Source: Auanema rhodensis (taxonomy: Eukaryota > Animalia > Nematoda). From it: a stretch of 64,000 nucleotides of DNA. The stretch spans positions 1,054,001-1,118,000 of the forward strand of contig OZ059900.1 of NCBI GenBank assembly GCA_964057225.1, written 5' to 3'. Shown here piece after piece: positions 58,601 through 64,000 of this stretch. Under the pieces are notes generated by a model that saw only the letters and a program-made list of their open reading frames with translations, was not told where the DNA came from and did not search any database. A program made the position numbers and the translations under genes. Positions within the stretch are counted from its first letter, which is position 1; every line of letters begins with the position of its first letter.

Positions 58601-60130
58601 TTTATTCATTTTGATCAAAAAAGATCGAAAATAGAAAGAATTTTTGAAATTTCCGAGTTTTGAGTCCAATTTGGCTAAATCGCTCATATATATGATCAAA
58701 AGCATAGTTTTATTGTCTATAACAACAAAAGTCATCAATTAAACGCTAGTGATGTTCAAATCACTAAATTTCGCTCAAATAGCATTACTACACTAAGTAT
58801 GGTCGTTTTTATGCCTTTAACACCATATACTCACCGATTTTTGGTACAAAATCTGTAATACTTGTAAATTTTGATCATATTCGTTAAGATTCGAGAATCA
58901 AACACATAATACACGAAATAAGTCTATTTTTACAAGTTTGCACTGATATTTATTCATTTTGATCAAAAAAGATCGAAAATAGAAAGAATTTTTGAAATTT
59001 CCGAGTTTTGAGTCTAATTTGGCTAAATCGCTCATATATATGATCAGAAGCATAGTTTTATTGTCTATGACAACAAAAGTCATTAATTAAACACTAATGA
59101 TGTTCAAATCACTAAATTTCGCTCAAATAGCATTACTACACTAAGTATGGTCGTTTTTATGCCTTTAACACCATATACTCACCGATTTTTGGTACAAAAT
59201 CTGTAATACTTGTAAATTTTGATCATATTCGTTAAGATTCGAGAATCAAACACATAATACACGAAATAAGTCTATTTTTATGAGTTTGCACTGATATTTA
59301 TTCATTTTGATCAAAAAAGGTCGAAAATAGAAAGAATTTTTGAAATTTCCGAGTTTTGAGTCTAATTTGGCTAAATCGCTCATATATATGATCAAAAGCA
59401 TAGTTTTACTGTCTATGATAACAAAAGTCTTCAAATATACACTAATAATGTGTAAATCACTGAATTTCACTCAAATAGCTTTACTACACTAAGTATGGTC
59501 GTTTTTATGCCTTTAAAACCATATACTCACCGATTTTTGGTACAAAATCTGTAATACTTGTAAATTTTGATCATATTCGTTAAGATTTGAGAATCAAACA
59601 TACAATACACAAAATCAGTCTATTTTTATGAGCTTGCACTGATATATATTCATTTTGATCAAAAAAGGTCGAAAATAGAAAGAATTTTTGAAATTTCCGA
59701 GTTTTGAGTCTAATTTGGCTAAATCGCTCATATATATGATCAGAAGCATAGTTTTATTGTCTATGACAACAAAAATCATCAATTAAACGCTAGTGATGTT
59801 TAAATACTGATTTTCGCTCAAATAGCATTACTACACTAAGTATGGTCGTTTTTATGCCTTTAACACCATATACTCACCGATTTTTGGTACAAAATCTGTA
59901 ATACTTGTAAATTTTGATCATATTCGTTAAGATTCGAGAATCAAACACATAATACACGAAATAAGTCTATTTTTACAAGTTTGCACTGATATTTATTCAT
60001 TTTGATCAAAAAAGATCGAAAATAGAAAGAATTTTTGAAATTTCCGAGTTTTGAGTCCAATTTGGCTAAATCGCTCATATATATGATCAAAAGCATAGTT
60101 TTATTGTCTATAACAACAAAAGTCATCAAT
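53960..60130. repeat. 6-monomer HOR, period 2085 bp, followed by a 4-monomer (1391 bp) truncated copy
   Basis: 54380->56465->58550, 54727->56812, 55095->57180 and 55770->57855 are 2085. 57855->59246 and 58550->59941 are 1391. Markers are AAATAGGTCT, CTTTAAAACC and GTTCAAATCAC. Confidence 0.88.
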
Positions 60131-60285
60131 TAAACGCTAGTGATGTTTAAATACTGAATTTCACTCAAATAGCATTACTACACTAAGTATGGTCGTTTTT
60201 ATGCCTTTAACACCATATACTCACCGATTTTTGGTACAAAATCTGTGATACTCGTAAATTTTGATCATATTCGGTGAGATTCGAG

Positions 60286-63200
60286 AATCAAACACACAAT
60301 ACACGAAATAAGTTTATTTTTACGAGTTTGCACTGATATTTATTCATTTTGATCAAAAAAGGTCGAAAATAGAAAGAATTTTTGAAATTTCCGAGTTTTG
60401 AGTCTAATTTGGCTAATTCGCTCATATATATGATCAAAAGCATAGTTTTATTGTCTATGACAACAAAAGTCATCAATTAAACGCTAGTGATGTTTAAATA
60501 CTGAATTTCGCTCAAATAGCATTACTACACTAAGTATGGTCGTTTTTATGCCTTTAACACCATATACTCACCGATTTTTGGTACAAAATCTGTGATACTC
60601 GTAAATTTTGATCATATTCGGTGAGATTCGAGAATCAAACACACAATACACGAAATAAGTTTATTTTTACGAGTTTGCACTGATATTTATTCATTTTGAT
60701 CAAAAAAGGTCGAAAATAGAAAGAATTTTTGAAATTTCCGAGTTTTGAGTCTAATTTGGCTAATTCGCTCATATATATGATCAAAAGCATAGTTTTATTG
60801 TCTATAACAACAAAAGTCATCAATTAAACGCTAGTGATGTTTAAATACTGAATTTCACTCAAATAGCATTACTACACTAAGTATGGTCGTTTTTATGCCT
60901 TTAACACCATATACTCTGCGATTTTTGGTACAAAATCTGTGATACTCGTAAATTTTGATCATATTTGGTGTGATTCGAGAATCAAACACACAATACACGA
61001 AATAAGTTTATTTTTACGAGTTTGCACTGATATTTATTCATTTTGATCAAAAAAGGTCGAAAATAGAAAGAATTTTTGAAATTTCCGAGTTTTGAGTCTA
61101 ATTTGGCTAAATCGCTCATATATATGATCAAAAGCATAGTTTTATTGTCTATGACAACAAAAGTCATCAATTAAACGCTAGTGATGTTTAAATACTGAAT
61201 TTCGCTCAAATAGCATTACTACACTAAGTATGGTCGTTTTTATGCCTTTAACACCATATACTCACCGATTTTTGGTACAAAATCTGTAATACTTGTAAAT
61301 TTTGATCATATTCGTTAAAATTCGAGAATCAAACACATAATACACGAAATAAGTCTATTTTTATGAGTTTGCACTGATATTTATTCATTTTGATCAAAAA
61401 AGGTCGAAAATAGAAAGAATTTTTGAAATTTCCGAGTTTTGAGTCTAATTTGGCTAAATCGCTCATATATATGATCAAAAGCATAGTTTTATTGTCTATG
61501 ACAACAAAAGTCATCAATTAAACGCTAGTGATGTTTAAATACTGAATTTCGCTCAAATAGCATTACTACACTAAGTATGGTCGTTTTTATGCCTTTAACA
61601 CCATATACTCACCGATTTTTGGTACAAAATCTGTAATACTTGTAAATTTTGATCATATTCGTTAAGATTCGAGAATCAAACACATAATACACGAAATAAG
61701 TCTATTTTTATGAGTTTGCACTGATATTTATTCATTTTGATCAAAAAAGGTCGAAAATAGAAAGAATTTTTGAAATTTCCGAGTTTTGAGTCTAATTTGG
61801 CTAAATCGCTCATATATATGATCAAAAGCATAGTTTTATTGTCTATGACAACAAAAGTCATCAATTAAACGCTAGTGATGTTTAAATACTGAATTTCGCT
61901 CAAATAGCATTACTACACTAAGTATGGTCGTTTTTATGCCTTTAACACCATATACTCATCGATTTTTGGTACAAAATCTGTGATACTCGTAAATTTTGAT
62001 CATATTCGGTGAGATTCGAGAATCAAACACACAATACACGAAATAAGTTTATTTTTACGAGTTTGCACTGATATTTATTCATTTTGATCAAAAAAGGTCG
62101 AAAATAGAAAGAATTTTTGAAATTTCCGAGTTTTGAGTCTAATTTGGCTAATTCGCTCATATATATGATCAAAAGCATAGTTTTATTGTCTATAACAACA
62201 AAAGTCATCAATTAAACGCTAGTGATGTTTAAATACTGAATTTCACTCAAATAGCATTACTACACTAAGTATGGTCGTTTTTATGCCTTTAACACCATAT
62301 ACACTGCGATTTTTGGTACAAAATCTGTAATACTTGTAAATTTTGATCATATTCGTTAAAATTCGAGAATCAAACACATAATACACGAAATAAGTCTATT
62401 TTTATGAGTTTGCACTGATATTTATTCATTTTGATCAAAAAAGGTCGAAAATAGAAAGAATTTTTGAAATTTACGAGTTTTGAGTCTAATTGGGCTAAAT
62501 CGCTCATATATATGATCAAAAGCATAGTTTTATTGTCTATGACAACAAAAGTCATCAATTAAACGCTAGTGATGTTTAAATACTGAATTTCGCTCAAATA
62601 GCATTACTACACTAAGTATGGTCGTTTTTATGCCTTTAACACCATATACTCACCGATTTTTGGTACAAAATCTGTGATACTCGTAAATTTTGATCATATT
62701 CGGTGAGATTCGAGAATCAAACACACAATACACGAAATAAGTTTATTTTTACGAGTTTGCACTGATATTTATTCATTTTGATCAAAAAAGGTCGAAAATA
62801 GAAAGAATTTTTGAAATTTCCGAGTTTTGAGTCTAATTTGGCTAAATCGCTCATATATATGATCAAAAGCATAGTTTTATTGTCTATGACAACAAAAGTC
62901 ATCAATTAAACGCTAGTGATGTTTAAATACTGAATTTCGCTCAAATAGCATTACTACACTAAGTATGGTCGTTTTTATGCCTTTAACACCATATACTCAC
63001 CGATTTTTGGTACAAAATCTGTAATACTTGTAAATTTTGATCATATTCGTTAAGATTCGAGAATCAAACACATAATACACGAAATAAGTCTATTTTTATG
63101 AGTTTGCACTGATATTTATTCATTTTGATCAAAAAAGGTCGAAAATAGAAAGAATTTTTGAAATTTCCGAGTTTTGAGTCTAATTTGGCTAAATCGCTCA

Positions 63201-64000
63201 TATATATGATCAAAAGCATAGTTTTATTGTCTATGACAACAAAAGTCATCAATTAAACGCTAGTGATGTTTAAATACTGAATTTCGCTCAAATAGCATTA
63301 CTACACTAAGTATGGTCGTTTTTATGCCTTTAACACCATATACTCACCGATTTTTGGTACAAAATCTGTGATACTCGTAAATTTTGATCATATTCGGTGA
63401 GATTCGAGAATCAAACACACAATACACGAAATAAGTTTATTTTTACGAGTTTGCACTGATATTTATTCATTTTGATCAAAAAAGGTCGAAAATAGAAAGA
63501 ATTTTTGAAATTTCCGAGTTTTGAGTCTAATTTGGCTAATTCGCTCATATATATGATCAAAAGCATAGTTTTATTGTCTATAACAACAAAAGTCATCAAT
63601 TAAACGCTAGTGATGTTTAAATACTGAATTTCACTCAAATAGCATTACTACACTAAGTATGGTCGTTTTTATGCCTTTAACACCATATACACTGCGATTT
63701 TTGGTACAAAATCTGTGATACTCGTAAATTTTGATCATATTCGGTGAGATTCGAGAATCAAACACACAATACACGAAATAAGTTTATTTTTACGAGTTTG
63801 CACTGATATTTATTCATTTTGATCAAAAAAGGTCGAAAATAGAAAGAATTTTTGAAATTTCCGAGTTTTGAGTCTAATTTGGCTAAATCGCTCATATATA
63901 TGATCAAAAGCATAGTTTTATTGTCTATGACAACAAAAGTCATCAATTAAACGCTAGTGATGTTTAAATACTGAATTTCGCTCAAATAGCATTACTACAC
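60286..64000. repeat. Homogeneous all-347-bp domain with a loose 4-mer (1388 bp)
   Basis: Every step from 59941 to 63758 is 347. The GGCTAATTCG variant is in monomers 60288, 60635, 62023 and 63411. The CTGCGAT variant is at 60913, 62301 and 63689 (1388 spacing). Confidence 0.85.

Larger units (their letters stand above)
1..64000. repeat. Tandem satellite DNA array, 347/348-bp AT-rich monomer, ~184 copies, head-to-tail, running off both window ends
   Basis: The same unit (AATCAAACAC...TTTTGATCAAAAAAGGTCGAAAATAGAAAG...CAAATAGCATTACTACACTAAGTATGGTCG...GATTCGAG) recurs throughout. Equivalent ORF ends step by 347 or 348 bp (533, 881, ... 1923, 2270, 2617 ... 63411, 63758). No non-satellite sequence or inversion was seen. 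Confidence 0.99.

Noticed and set aside
533-63946. Over 120 near-identical 61-75 aa minus-strand ORFs (…MLLIIYMSDLAKLDSKLGNFKNSFYFR…) as a tandem gene family
   Set aside because: They are one frame of the satellite monomer. Starts are mostly TTG/GTG and shift with monomer variant. A large class of monomers has a premature TGA and some have frameshifting insertions. Many variants change the amino acid, the composition simply reflects AT-rich codons, and I recognise no domain. Ribo-seq or proteomics evidence would be needed to revive this.
1-64000. CRISPR array or repeat/variable-cassette system (conserved box alternating with variable segments)
   Set aside because: The variable segments are alleles of the same sequence differing at a few sites, not unique spacers or cassettes. 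The unit is 347 bp, and there are no cas, integrase or recombinase genes.
1-64000. Assignment to a named satellite family or species (e.g. Drosophila 359-bp, beetle ~340-360-bp or plant ~350-bp satellites)
   Set aside because: Similar length and AT content are not evidence of homology, and I do not recognise the sequence. A database search is required.
1-64000. Embedded transposon, telomeric repeat or strand inversion
   Set aside because: Monomer phase is continuous (347-352 bp steps) from start to end and all ORF-track hits are on one strand, leaving no room for an insertion.

Overview
The whole 64 kb is one uninterrupted head-to-tail tandem array of an AT-rich satellite DNA. The monomer is 347/348 bp, about 28.5% GC counted in the copy at 1921-2267, and there are about 184 copies in one orientation. 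I found no genes, RNA genes, transposon insertions or CRISPR spacers. Every ORF in the track is the same minus-strand frame of the monomer and is almost certainly non-coding. The real information is in the variant pattern. (1) The array is a patchwork of short-range, in-register higher-order repeats (HORs) of 3, 4, 5, 6, 7, 8, 9, 11, 13, 14 and 16 monomers that change every few kb, some nested. (2) Monomers are mosaics of a few 5' and 3' haplotypes. (3) Many common variants are CG<->TG/CA transitions although CpG is not depleted. (4) Each monomer has an ~80-bp low-variation box, several short dyads and ~10-bp-phased A/T tracts. This fits a eukaryotic (peri)centromeric or heterochromatic satellite (inference). 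I cannot name the family or species, and I see no evidence for a novel coding system. HOR periods come from ORF-track offsets plus shared private variants read by eye, so block boundaries are approximate.
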